Below, in pieces: positions 12,346 to 24,419 of a stretch of DNA of 64,000 nt. This DNA comes from Octopus sinensis. Taxonomy: Eukaryota. A model generated the notes under the pieces. The model saw nothing but the letters and a program-made list of their open reading frames with translations. It searched no databases and had not been told where the DNA came from. The stretch covers positions 2,542,001-2,606,000 of the forward strand of contig NC_043014.1 of NCBI RefSeq assembly GCF_006345805.1, written 5' to 3'. The position numbers were made by a program, and so were the translations under genes. How positions within the stretch are numbered: position 1 is the stretch's first letter; every line of letters starts with the position of its first letter.

Positions 12346-13139
12346 TTCTTTCTTTATGTGTGGATGTTGATGAGTGACTGTGATGGTCAATAATGATGGT
12401 GTTGCTGATGATGATGATGGCTTTGTTTCACTCCATCCTCTCTGTCGCTTCCTCGCCTCCTCTTTTTCTCCATCTTTCTTTCCAAATCCTCCGCAATGAA
12501 CTGAAAGAAAGAGAGAGAGAGAGAGAGAGAGATAAAAGAAGGAGAGCAAGAGATTGCTTATCTCTCCTGATCCTAAACTCGTTAGCAGCTTCTGGTCGCT
12601 GCTATTCAGACACAACATTTCTCTAATTATCGCCGTTAGATCTTCTTTACATTCAGCTTCCACAACAACGAATGCATTATCTCCATCCCCTACCCCCACC
12701 CCACATCATCGATTGCTCAATAACTTCTCCCTATTGTTCCCTATTATCCACTTCTGTCTCCTATTCTTCTTCATCTTGTTGTTGTTGTTCTTCTTCTTCC
12801 TTCCTTCCTCAGCGTCTTCCATTGTTTCTTCTTCTTCTTCTTCTTCTTCTCCCCCTCCTCCTCCCCCCTTCTTCTTTCCGTCCTGTTTTTCCGTTTGTCT
12901 ATGTCCTTCCTTTGTTCCGCATTAAACACGCCATTATTTTCTCAGACATTTTGTGTGCGTGTCTTTTCGCTATTTCTAACTGACTGCGTTTCTATCATCG
13001 TTTTCGTCGTCTTCATCTCACCAACCCGGCTCTCCTTTATCATCGACCATTGTCCCTCTCAATGCCATCAGCGAAACCACGAACAACAACAACAACAACA
13101 ACACCATCGCTAATTCTAACGTCAGCGTATCACCATCAT

Positions 13140-13860
13140 CATTAACATCATCATTGTCATCATAACTATCATAATTTCTAATGACATTACAATCATCATC
13201 ATCAATAACATCGTCAATCATTATCATCAACATCATCATCATCATCATTGTCCATCATCACTCATCATCATCATCATTGTCCATCATCATTCATTATCAT
13301 CATCATCATTCATTGTTCATCATCATCATCATTGTCCATCATCACTCATTATCATCAACATCATCATTCATTGTTCATCATCATCATCATGCATTATCAT
13401 CATCATTGTCCATCATCACTCATTATCATCATTATCATTGTCCATCATCATTCATTATCATTCATTGTTCATCATCATCGTCCATCATCAGCATTGTCCA
13501 TCATCACTCATTATCATCAACATCATCATTCATTGTTCATCATCATCATCACTCATTATCATCATCATCATCATGCATTATCATCATCATTGTCCATCAT
13601 CACTCATTATCATCATTATCATTGTCCATCATCATTCATTATCATTCATTGTTCATCATCATCGTCCATCATCAGCATTGTCCATCATCACTCATTATCA
13701 TCAACATCATCATTCATTATTCATCATCATCATCATTGTCCATCATCACTCATTATCATTGTCCATCATCAACATCATCATTCATTGTTCATCATCATCA
13801 TCATTGTCCATCATTACTCATTATTATCACTATCATCATTCATTATTCATCATCATTAGT
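13140..13860. repeat. Compound (CAT)-derived minisatellite
   Basis: Variants CATTGTC, CACTCAT and CAACAT; a 184-bp block is repeated. Confidence 0.9.
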
Positions 13861-14327
13861 ATCATTTCTACATCTGTGTTTTCCATGGTAGCTGGGGTTG
13901 GGCAAGACTTCTTCCAGCTGTAATCAATGGCCCAGATGAAAGCCCTTTATTCCACATCTTTGCTTGTGAAATCAATACCCGACATTTTGTTTGTGGGAGA
14001 CATCAACATCACCACCAAAGCAGTTTTAGTGCACACATACACACAGAGGTTCTATGCATTTTTTTTTATCCAACAAATTTGACACACAGGCCATTGTCAA
14101 CCCAGAGTGACTTGCCTAAGTGCCAAGTATAAGATATGAAACTAAAAACCTGTAGTTGTAAAGCAAATCTCCTAACCACCACAGCTCAAAGTCAAGGCCA
14201 TGGGCTGAACATATCAACTGTCTATTGGCAGCCTCTAAAATACTTATGTTAAACTAGTTGTTGTATTCTATCTGATGTGTTTGTGTAGATGAGTTCTGCT
14301 ACATCACAAAACTTACTGATTTTCTGA

Positions 14328-14717
14328 GGTGAAGGAGTGGCTGTGTGGTAAGTTGCTTGCTTACGAATTACATGGTTCTGGGTTCTGTCCCACTGCAAGG
14401 CACCTCGGGCAAGTGTCTTCTACTGTAGCCTTGGGCCGACCAAAGCCTTGCGAGTGGATTTGGTGGACAGAAACTGAAAGAAGCCCATCGTATATATCTA
14501 TATATATGTGTGTGTCTGTGTTTGTCTCCCTAATATCGCTTGACAACTGATGCTGGTGTGTTTATGTCCCCGTAATTTAGCGGTTTGGCAAAAGAGGCCG
14601 ATAGAATAAGTACTTGGCTTACAAAGAATATGTCCCGGGGTCGATTTGCTCGACTAAAGGTGGTGCTCCAGCATGGCCGCAGTCAAATGACTGAAACAAG
14701 TAAAAGTGTAAAGAGAG
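14328..14717 (+). mobile_element. SINE family A
   Basis: Homologous to 4012-4399. Confidence 0.88.
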
Positions 14718-16304
14718 AGATCAATTTAAGACAGCCATTATGTCAAAATGTTATTTTACTAAAGCCTTTTGCCCTAATTTATTTTCTCTCACAGTTTATA
14801 AACTTACAGGTGAGTTAGCATATTCATTTCACGCTTGGTTGGTCAATATGGACTATGACATTGTATGTTACAGGTGGGTAAACTCATGAGGGTAATGTAC
14901 CGTAGCATTTGGTTATATCACTTAACATTCTCTGTTCTGATCTCGTTAAGATCAATTTTGTCTTTTCTCCTTCTAGGGTTTACAAAATTTACTATCACCA
15001 ACCATTATTTAGGATTCCGATTCCTCTGTCAAATGTAATTCTTATTTTTTCACCTTGTTTTTGAATCCTTCAGGCATTATCTTGTTCCTTTGAAATTTTG
15101 CTGATGTGATTGTTTATTTTTAGAACGGCATTGTAGGGTATGAGTGAGAGGCAGGATCTAGTCAGTCTGAACAAGTAGAATATTTGGGCTGGATATGGTT
15201 GGTTTAAATCAGGGGACCCCAAACATTTTAGACAATCGACTCCTTCATGGAATCCTTGACCCCTTATCGATCCCCAGGCATGTAAAAGAAAATAAATAGA
15301 TAATAATAATAATTAAAGTGGTGATACGTTGTCAGCTTAATGTGAGAGTCCCATGAAAGGGAAGAATGCTACTGCTATTTAGCCCTAGGAAGCACTGCTT
15401 CCTGTTGGCCTTGACACATTTCTGTGTCCTTATGTTTACAAATGGGGAGATAAGCACCTCCACTGAGCAAAGCCAGCAATTATGTAGATGTACATTTATC
15501 GACCCCTTAAATAGTCCCATCGACCACTTTGGCGACCCCTGAGGAGATACAACTAGGTCCAATTATACAGCTAAACCATTATCATCATCATATTTGTCGT
15601 CGTTGTTTAATGCCTGCTTTCCATGCTGGCATGGGTTGGACAGTTTGACTGAGGGCTGGCAAGCCAGATGGCTGCACCAGGCTCCAATCTTGATCTGGCA
15701 GAGTTTCTACAGCTGGATGCCCTTCCTAACGCCAACCATTCTGAGAGTGTAGTGGGTGCTTTTTATGTGCGAGGAGCAGTCAGGCGGTACTGGCAAATCA
15801 GGCATTACTTTATTTAGATATAATTCCTGTGTATATGTGGATCTATGTTGTATCAAAACATGTGTAGTGGTCATTAAACAGCCATTGAATCGTACTCCCT
15901 CTTCCTTTTGACTCTATTTATTCTTTACGTTTCATTTTATATCTGTCTATATATACATATACACATTCTTCTTGGCATTGTTTCCCTGAAGAAGATTAGG
16001 AAGGCTGTTGTCCATGTTGTCTGCGTGCTTGTTCGTGGCTGATAAAGCCGATGTAGGATCCACATGTCCTATTTCGGTGATGACAGGGATATGGTTGTTC
16101 TGGGTCTGATAATGCAGCTGCTTTATTTTTTTGCCTCTGACGTTTGTCTTTGAGAGACGCACTGCAAGAGATCTCAAAGGAAGAAACGACATCGCTGATG
16201 GGTATGGTGCCAAGCGATGTGGTCGGTTGTTAGAGTGGGCGACTCACGATAATCAGTGTGTCACAAACAGGGATGTGAGGACAGGATTGGGGAGTGAGAG
16301 CTAG

Positions 16305-16553
16305 GCATAGTGTCTGTCCTTGTTTGTCCCCTTTGTGTTTAGCCCCTTGTGGGTAGTAAAGAAATAGGTATTTCATCTGCCATTACATTCTGAGTTCAAA
16401 TTCTGCCGAGGTCGACTTTGCCTTTCATCCTTTCGGGGTCGATAAATTAAGTACCAGTTACGCACTGGGGTCGATATAATCGACTTAATCCGTTTGTCTG
16501 TCCTTGTTTGTCCTCTCTGTGTTTAGCCCCTTGTGTGCAGTAAAGAAATAGGT
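16305..16553 (+). mobile_element. SINE B tandem units
   Basis: A tail followed by one 184-bp unit; junction GAAATAGGTATTTC. Confidence 0.85.
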
Positions 16554-16844
16554 AAAGTGAGACAGGGCATGTGGGTAGAACACACAGGTTGGGGGCAAGC
16601 AGAGAACAATGATACATTGGCAGGGGCCAAGAGGATAGGATTGGAGAGTAGGAGGTAATCAGAGTACATGAAGTGGAAATGTGAGGAAGAGAAGAGATAT
16701 AGAGATTTGTTTGTTTTGTTGTGGTAGAGTGTGTGAGGAATTTTCTTGTTAAGTGTGGGTGGGACACACAGCACTTCTAGAAACTTCAGTTTTGCTGACG
16801 TGGGTGGGTCTTCTCAAGAACTTCATACCGCCAGACATCTCAGT

Positions 16845-17290
16845 TCATTGTCATTTCCTTCGTGACGCCCAACTTCCTGAGAATGGTCCTTACCACTTCA
16901 TTCCACATCTTCCTGGGTCTCCCTCTTCTGCGATTACCATTCACTTTCAGTGATCGACACTTCTTTCTGCAGCTGTCCTCATTCATACGGAGCTTTCTCC
17001 AACCAGGTTGCGGATCCATGGAACAAGCTGCCAGACGAGATGGTGAAGATGCCGACGACCGCTTTGTTCAAAGCCTCCCTTGACCTCAAGTGGCCTGAAC
17101 TCTTTACATGAACACCACCCTGTACTTAACTCCATGTCCCCCTACATGGCCTTGCTATTTGCTTTTGAGCCAAATTAACTAACTAACTAACTAACATACA
17201 CATTACATGTCCAAACCAACGTAGTCTTCTCTTCTGCAATTTGATTCCTCTTACGCCCAACGTTTCTCTCAATATATGCGAGAAGCACGA
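16845..17290 (-). mobile_element. RTE LINE C-terminal relic, interrupted by a CR1 fragment
   Basis: KRRLRWFGHVMCM | NEDSCRKKCRSLKVNGNRRRGRPRKMWNEVV when the insert is removed. Confidence 0.75.
16989..17194 (+). mobile_element. CR1-like LINE extreme 3' fragment
   Basis: FSNQVADPWNKLPDEMVKMPTTALFKASLD-; (TAAC)n tail; CATAC duplicated at 16984-16988 and 17195-17199. Confidence 0.8.
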
Positions 17291-17346
17291 ATGTATAGTG
17301 TGCGTGTTTACTTGGCAATAATAATAATAATAATAATGATAATAAC

Positions 17347-17377
<31 letters not shown>

Positions 17378-17511
17378 TGACCCTCCCAAAGTACAACAAT
17401 ATCTGTTTCAACATGCGATTTCACATCAGGAACCTTGCAACACAAATTGCTAAATGTAAAATCTTTTGTTAGTCACATGTGTAGGTTGTGTAGGTTGAAC
17501 TGCGTAAAATG

Positions 17512-17892
17512 TCACTCTTTTACTTGTTTCAGTCATCTGACTGTGGCCATGCTGGAGCACCGCCTTTAGTCAAGGAAATCGCCCCCCCCCCCCCCCGGAC
17601 TTATTCTTTGTACTTATTCTATCGGTCTCCTTTGCCGAACCGCCAAGTTACGGCGACGCAAACACACCAGAATCGGTTATCAAGCACAGACACACAAACA
17701 CACACTCATACATATATATACATATATACGACGAGCTTCTTTCAGTTTCCGTCAACCAAATCCACTCGCAAGGCTTTGGTCGACCTGAGGCTATAGTAGA
17801 AGACACTTGTGCAAGGTGCCACGCAGTGGGACTGAACCCGGAACCATGTGGTTGGTAAACAAGCTACTTACCACACAGCCACTCCTACGCCT
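17512..17892 (-). mobile_element. SINE family A
   Basis: Reverse complement of 4012-4399. Confidence 0.88.
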
Positions 17893-18096
17893 ATGACAGT
17901 TTTAATTTCTAAAACAGAAAAAAAGAAACCCAGCTAAGTTTTTTCAAGGGCCCTTAAAATACTGTAGTGGATCCCCAATTTTACTATGTTGTTACTGGGA
18001 CCCCAAAAGATCTTATATGTCTGTCTTTGCTGTTGGGGTTGAGGAGTGCTTGGAGGTGGGGGATAGGGGTAAATGCAGTAAATGGTGAACATTTAG

Positions 18097-18483
18097 CTGC
18101 AGGTGTGGCTGTGTGATAAGAAGCTTGCTTCCCATCAACATGGTTCTGGGTTCAGTCCCATTGCATGGCACCTTGGGCAAGTGTCTTCTACTATAGCCTT
18201 GGGCTGACCAAAGCCTTGTGGGTGGATTTGGCAGGTGGAAACTGAAAGAAGCCCATCGTATATTATATATATATATGTTTGTGTGTCTGTGTTTGTTCCC
18301 CTAGCATTGCTTGACAACCGATGTTGGTGTGTTTACGTCTCCCATAACTTAGCACTTCAGCAAAAGAGACTGATAGAATAAGTACCAGGCTTACAAAGAA
18401 TAAATCCTAGGGTTGACTCGTTTGACTAAAGGCGGTGCTCCAGCATGACCACAGTCAAATGACTGAAACAAGTACAAGAATAA
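18097..18483 (+). mobile_element. SINE family A
   Basis: Homologous to 4012-4399; head-to-head with 17512-17892. Confidence 0.88.
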
Positions 18484-18839
18484 GAGAAAATGTGTGGAGA
18501 TCTGGCCAGGTGTGGGGGTTTCAGAGGAGAAGGTGAAGGAAGATAGGTGTGGCCCGGGGTGGAGAAAGTAAGACAATACAGTAACGACTTCAAAGCCAGA
18601 GAAGCAGAAGACAAACAACCATAAAAAGATTGAGGTCAATGCAGTGAATAAGTGTGAAACCTTAGCCCTCAAGCATGATATCTGTCTGTTGCTGAGACCA
18701 TCCCTCTTTCATCAATATCCTCAAATGTCAGCTTTTGCTGTTGCTAATCTAGAAAACAAAAAATCAGATGATTTGTGAGGAAGAATATATATATTTGTTT
18801 TGTAAGATTCTTGATGTGAAATCGTGTGTTGAAACAAGA

Positions 18840-19237
18840 TATTGTTGTACTTGGGGATGGTCATGTTGTCAGTTTAGCCAATAAAAACACACACACTATA
18901 TATTTGGTGTTAATTTGCTTCAGCTTTATTTTATTTTTTTACATTAATCTTAATCTTATTTCGGCCAGAGTTCTTTCATCACACTCCTGTGACCTCATCA
19001 GTGGTCCTTTGCTTTCTTCTTTCTTATTTGTGTGTCTCTCCTTACTAATGATCAGCCATTTTGTATTTTGTATTCCTATTGTATGTGTCTTCATTTGTGC
19101 ATGGCATGTGTCTACCCCTGTGTGTGTTTATGTTTAGTAAGTGTAGTAAACTTACTAACGCACTTAACACCAAATATATAGTGCCTCTGTTTTAATTGGC
19201 TAAACTGGCAACATGACCATCCCCAAATACAACAATA
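18840..19237. mobile_element. Inverted-repeat element carrying a hammerhead motif
   Basis: Inverted arms of about 74 bp (18840-18913 / 19164-19237); hammerhead at 18963-19007 (-). Confidence 0.75.
18963..19007 (-). ncRNA. Type I hammerhead ribozyme motif, core intact
   Basis: CCA-CTGATGA-G-GTCACA(GGAG)TGTGAT-GAAA-G(AA)C-TC-TGG: stems I, II and III and a CUC cleavage triplet. Confidence 0.7.
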
Positions 19238-19411
19238 AAAGAATATATTGTTTTGCAACAGACAAAAATGCTATTTCTGAAATCTCTTTAACAGATCAAT
19301 GCCCTGCTCTTCTACTGACAAGTAACAGTCACTTTGACATTGGCTGTCTTCACAGACATGATGGTCATGCATGACTGCACTTGTTGTGGTGGTGGCTGTT
19401 ATTGTAAGGCC

Positions 19412-19915
19412 GCGAGTTGGCAGAAACATTAACACACCGGTAGAAATGCGTAGCTGTATTTCGTCTGCCGTTACGTTCTGAGTTCAAATTCCGCCGAGGT
19501 CGACATTACCTTTCGTCCTTTCGGGATCGATTAAATAAGTACCAGTTGCGCACTGGGGTCGATGTAATCGACTTAATCCGTGTGTCTGTCCTTGTTTGTC
19601 CTCTCTGTGTTTAGCCCCTTGTGGGTAGTAAAGAAATAGTTATTGTTAAAAGAAGTATATTGTTTCTCTCTCTATGTATGTATATGTATTTCTTTACTGC
19701 CCACAAGGGGCTAAACACAGAGGGGACAAACAAGGACAGACAAAGGTTTAAGTCGATTACATCGACCCCAGTTGGGAAACTGGTACTTAATTTATCGACC
19801 CCGAAAGGATGAAAGGCAAAGTCGACCTCGGCGGAATTTGAACTCAGAACGTAACGATAGACGAAATATGGCTACGCATTTCGCCCGGTGTGCTAACGTT
19901 TCTGCCAGCTCGCTG
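19412..19915. mobile_element. Inverted (tail-to-tail) pair of SINE B copies
   Basis: 19412-19640 (+) and 19687-19915 (-). Confidence 0.88.
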
Positions 19916-20659
19916 TATGTGTGTATATGTGTGGGGGGCGTGATGGCCTTCCCAGACTAGGCATTGTGAGTGTTTGTCAACTGGAAACACTTAACCCCTT
20001 CGTTACCATATTTCTGTTGAGATGCTTTGTGTTTCATTCAATTAATTTTAAATATATCAAAGAATGCTGAGAAACTTCCTTAAAGAACTTTTTTAGATGA
20101 TTTTCAACTTGTGCATGAAGTTAAGCTTAGGTCTCTCCACTTGCTAAAAATAACAGCCAAATCTCTTGTTTTTTGTTTTTAGTGTAATTCCACATAAACA
20201 AAGATGGAAACCATGATTGTAAAAAACTTATTTTCCAAATATTTATTCCATTATCATCTGCGTGACACCTTAAGCAACTGTCTTCTATTATAACCCCGGG
20301 TCGACCAAAGCCTTGTGAGTGGATTTGGAAAAGGGAAACTGATAGAAGCCCGTCATGTATGTGTGTGTGTGTGATGTTGGTGTTTACGTCCCCGTAACTT
20401 AGCAGTTCGGCAAAAGGACCGATAGAATAAGTACTAGGCTTACAAAGAATAAGTCTTGGGATCGATTTCTTCGACTAAAGGTGGTGCTGCAGCATGGCCG
20501 CAGTCAACTGACTGGAACAAGTAAAAGAATAAAAGTATATAGACAAATATATATATATATAATATATATAGGGAGAGTTTACGAAAAAACAAAAGACGAA
20601 GACAGGTGGTGTTGAAAACAAACAGATGTATTAGTATAACGCTCAGGAATAGAAAAAGT

Positions 20660-20695
20660 CTTTTACGTTTCGAGCCTACGCTCTTCTACAGAAAG
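20660..20695 (-). ncRNA. Minimal type I hammerhead motif (A6 to U variant)
   Basis: CTTT-CTGTAGA-A-GAGC(GTAG)GCTC-GAAA-CG-TA-AAAG. Confidence 0.6.
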
Positions 20696-21339
20696 GGACA
20701 CAGAAAAAAACAAGGAGAGAAACATATATATATATATATAGGTGGCACGTAAAAAAAAGCACCCACTACACTCACGGAGTGGTTGGCGTTAGGAAGGGCA
20801 TCCAGCTGTAGAAACATTGCCAGATAAGACTGGAGCCTGGTGCAGCCTTCTGGCTTCCCAGATCCCCGGTCGAACCGTCCAACCCATGCTAGCATGGAGA
20901 ACGGACGTTAAACGATGATGATGATTATATATATATATATTAATATATATATATAATAAATTATATATATACACACACATGTAAAAAAAACTACAAAAAT
21001 AAACAAATGTGGGAGAACATGGGGTGGGGGGATCTTTCCTCAATTTCTTATTGCCGCTCTGTACTCGACTAACAATTCGTTCTGAAGTATATTGAGTTCT
21101 ACATCAGGTTATTAGCGTAGATCAATGCCTGAGCGAAAACTATATAAGTCTACAGACACACTCACACGCTCACATACACAGTAAAGCGAAAATGAAACGG
21201 AAGGGACAGAACTCCAGGAAGACAAACGCAAGTTATTCAGGGGAGATCACTAAGACGGCATTCTGTTGGAAAACTTTTTAAAAATATATTTGTGAATAAA
21301 AAAGGTGAATTTAAAGAATTTGGAAAATTATGATTTTTT

Positions 21340-21918
21340 TCTACTCTAGGCACAAGGCCTGAAAATTTTGGGGAGGGGACCAGTCGATTAGATCGACCCC
21401 AGTACGCAACTGGTACTTAATTTATCGACCCTGAAAGGATGAAAGGCAAAGTCGACCTCGGCGGAATTTGAACTCAGAACGTAAAGACAGACAAAATACC
21501 TATTTCTTTACTACCCACAAGGGTCTAAACACAGAGAGGACAAACAAGGACAGACACACGGATTAAGTCGATTATATCGACCCCAGTGCATAACTGGTAC
21601 TTATTTAATCGACGCTGAAAGGATGAAAGGCAAAGTCGACCTTGTTGGAATTTGAACTCAGAACATAGCGGCAGGCAAAATACCTATTTCTTTACTAGCC
21701 ACAAGGGGATAAACACAGAGGGGATAAACAAGGACAGACAAAGGTATTAAGTCGATTATATCGACCCCAGTGCGTAACTGGTACTTATTTAATCGACGCT
21801 GAAAGGATGAAAGGCAAAGTCGACCTCGGCGGAATTTGAACTCAGAACATAGCGGCAGGCAAAATACCGCTGAGCATTTCGCCCAGCGTGCTAACGTTTC
21901 TGCCAGCTCGCCGCCTTG
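21340..21918 (-). mobile_element. SINE B trimer
   Basis: Full head copy, a 184-bp unit, and a terminal unit with tail type 2. Confidence 0.88.
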
Positions 21919-22249
21919 GATTTGGAAAATTATGATTATAAAAGAATTGCAAAACGGATTTATAATTGCATGCACACATTCATATATGTATGTTTCCAAG
22001 GTGTTTAACGACCTATATTTAGTTTCAAATTTTGGAACAATGCCAGCAATTTTGAAGAAGGGGATAAGTCAATGATATTGACCCCAGTGTGCAGCTGGTA
22101 CTAATTTATATTGACCCTGAATGGATGAAAGGCATATCATCTGAATTGTCGTGGATATATATTTTTGTCCATGTTTTATGCTTGGAATGCTTTGAAAATT
22201 TTTCGGCCAGAATCGGCCCAGGCCATGCTTAACTTAATGGCATCACCTG

Positions 22250-22620
22250 GAAAAGACCATTAACGATGTTTCATATTACAATCATTCTTTGGGCACCAAA
22301 TACCATTCTAGTAAAGAATTACTGTGTGTAGATATATATCGGGTTATAGATGGCTTATCTGGAAATCGTTGGAGATATTCGTCCAGGAACCATTTGAAGA
22401 TTATGAGATCTCTCTTAAAGAGAGCTGGGCAAGTTGAAGGGAAATAGTTGTCATAGTGTTGTGATGTTGAAGAGGATGGATCACATGGGGACCAAACCCT
22501 GGGTGAATTTTAAGATGATGCCAACATCATTTGGACAATGCTGTTGGAATATTTTTCACAAGACGATTCCAATAATCGAGACTTGTCATGTTGTCTGTTT
22601 TTCTTGTGATCGATTTCTGG
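22250..22620 (-). mobile_element. Decayed LINE C-terminal relic (FK..LD.YL..PD.P type)
   Basis: YDNYFPSTCPALFKRDLIIFKWFLDEYLQRFPDKP is similar to the 25757-26066 LINE. Confidence 0.55.
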
Positions 22621-23208
22621 GGCAATTTTAGTTTTTATAAGATTCTGTTTTGTGTAGGCAGATCACAAAAGACAACAGTATTCAAGATGGAGAAGGGAAG
22701 AATAATGGTAGAAGCACTTCCAGACCAAAAAGACCTAAGGACCTAGGAGCATGCCCTGTGGGCTTTAAGAATAAATTATATATCAATATATATATATTAT
22801 ATATATATATATATATATAATATATATATATATATGGGAGAGAGCAAGAGATACACACACACATGCATCATTATCATCATTTAACGTCCATTTTCTATGC
22901 TGGCATGGGTTGGACTGCTTAACAGGAACTGGCAAAGGCCAGTTCCATAGTCTGTTTTGGTTTGGTTTCTACAGCTGGATGCCCTTCCTGATTCCAACCA
23001 CTTTACCGGGTGTATTGGGTGCTTCTTACGTGGCACCATCATCACCAGTGCTTTTATGTAGCACTTTGGTTTTAGGGTTTCAATTCTGTTGTGGTGAGTG
23101 GGGTCTTCTTGTGTACAGCAGTGCCCTGAATATTCCGGTCCTACGTCATCTCCTTTGTAAGGATCAATAGTTTGAGATTGGCTTTCAATACTTTGTCCCA
23201 TGTCTTCC

Positions 23209-23469
23209 GGTACCATTTAAGAAGAGTGATGCCGGTGCGCACACTCGTGTACTCTCGCATCCGCTGTAGCTAGTCATGACTAGTCAATCCTTACTTTGTG
23301 TTTTTGTTTTATTTACTGTGCTTAATATAATTATTTACTTTGTGTAAAAAAATATTTATTTTGTGTTTTATTCACTTTGCTCGGTAGTCGTTGTAGGATT
23401 GACTAGTCACGACTAGTTAGCGCAACTACGCGACTGTGTGCCCCGGGACCACTCTTCTTAAATAGTACC
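23209..23469. mobile_element. MULE-like MITE
   Basis: TIRs of about 27 bp starting GGTAC; perfect 9-bp TSD ATGTCTTCC. Confidence 0.8.
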
Positions 23470-23660
23470 ATGTCTTCCTGGGTCTCCCTCTTCCGCAACT
23501 TCCCTCCACTAAGTGACCGGCACTTGTTTATGCAACTGTCCTTAATCCACATCACATGGACCAAACCAGTGCAGTCTCCTCTTATGCCCAACTTTCCCCT
23601 CGAGACCCTAATGCTCTGTTGCACATGTACACTAACATTGCACATCCAGTTTTGTTCCTC
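23470..23660 (-). mobile_element. Decayed RTE LINE 3' relic
   Basis: Homologous to the 16845-17290 relic (KDSCINKCRSL, LGIRG). Confidence 0.6.
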
Positions 23661-24419
23661 TCTAGTCTTCTCATATCCCCTACATTCAGGGCCCATGTGT
23701 CACTGCCATGTAGCATTGCAGTTTACAGACATGCATTATACGATCTTCATTTCACTCCTTTCTGTTTCTCAAATAGCTCTCTCCTCTTCCATACCCCATC
23801 TTGTAATCTCACATTTCTGCTTCCATTCTCAACACCCTCTCATATCCACCACCATACCCAACTTACTATACACACCTTTATCTACCTGTACATCTCTCCT
23901 TCCATTGGTCCTACATTTTGCATTTTGTATCAGAAGTCTAAATGAGAGTTTCTCTCATGGCATCTACCGCAGTATAGCTTGTTCTAACAGAGCATCCACA
24001 TTTAGGTGAGGATTAAAGATTATCTCTTGGTATTAATACTGCCTCTCATCATCATTGTTTAACGTCCGTTTTCCATGCTAGCATGGGTTGGACTGTTCAA
24101 CCAGGCTCTGGAAGGCCAGGAGGTTGCACTAGGCTCCAGTCTGATCTGGCAGTGTTTCTATGGCTGGATGCCCTTCCTAACGCCAACCAATCCGTGAGTG
24201 TAGTGGGTGCTTTTTACATGCCACCAGCACAGGTGCCAGGGGAGGCTGGCAACGGCCAGGATCGGTTGCCTCTGTTGCTAATATATACACAAAAATAGAT
24301 GTCATGACAGATTTTGATTATTGGCATGGACGAAACTTTATTCCTTCTAATACTGTTGTGAGTGCCATATCCTTTGTATAATATAGAGAATATTCCATCA
24401 ACATTGCTCAAATGATGTT

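Noticed and set aside
13181-13923. Three overlapping His/Ile/Ser-rich ORFs of 161-236 aa
   Set aside because: They are translations of a CAT-based minisatellite with no stop codons; there is no splice or homology evidence.
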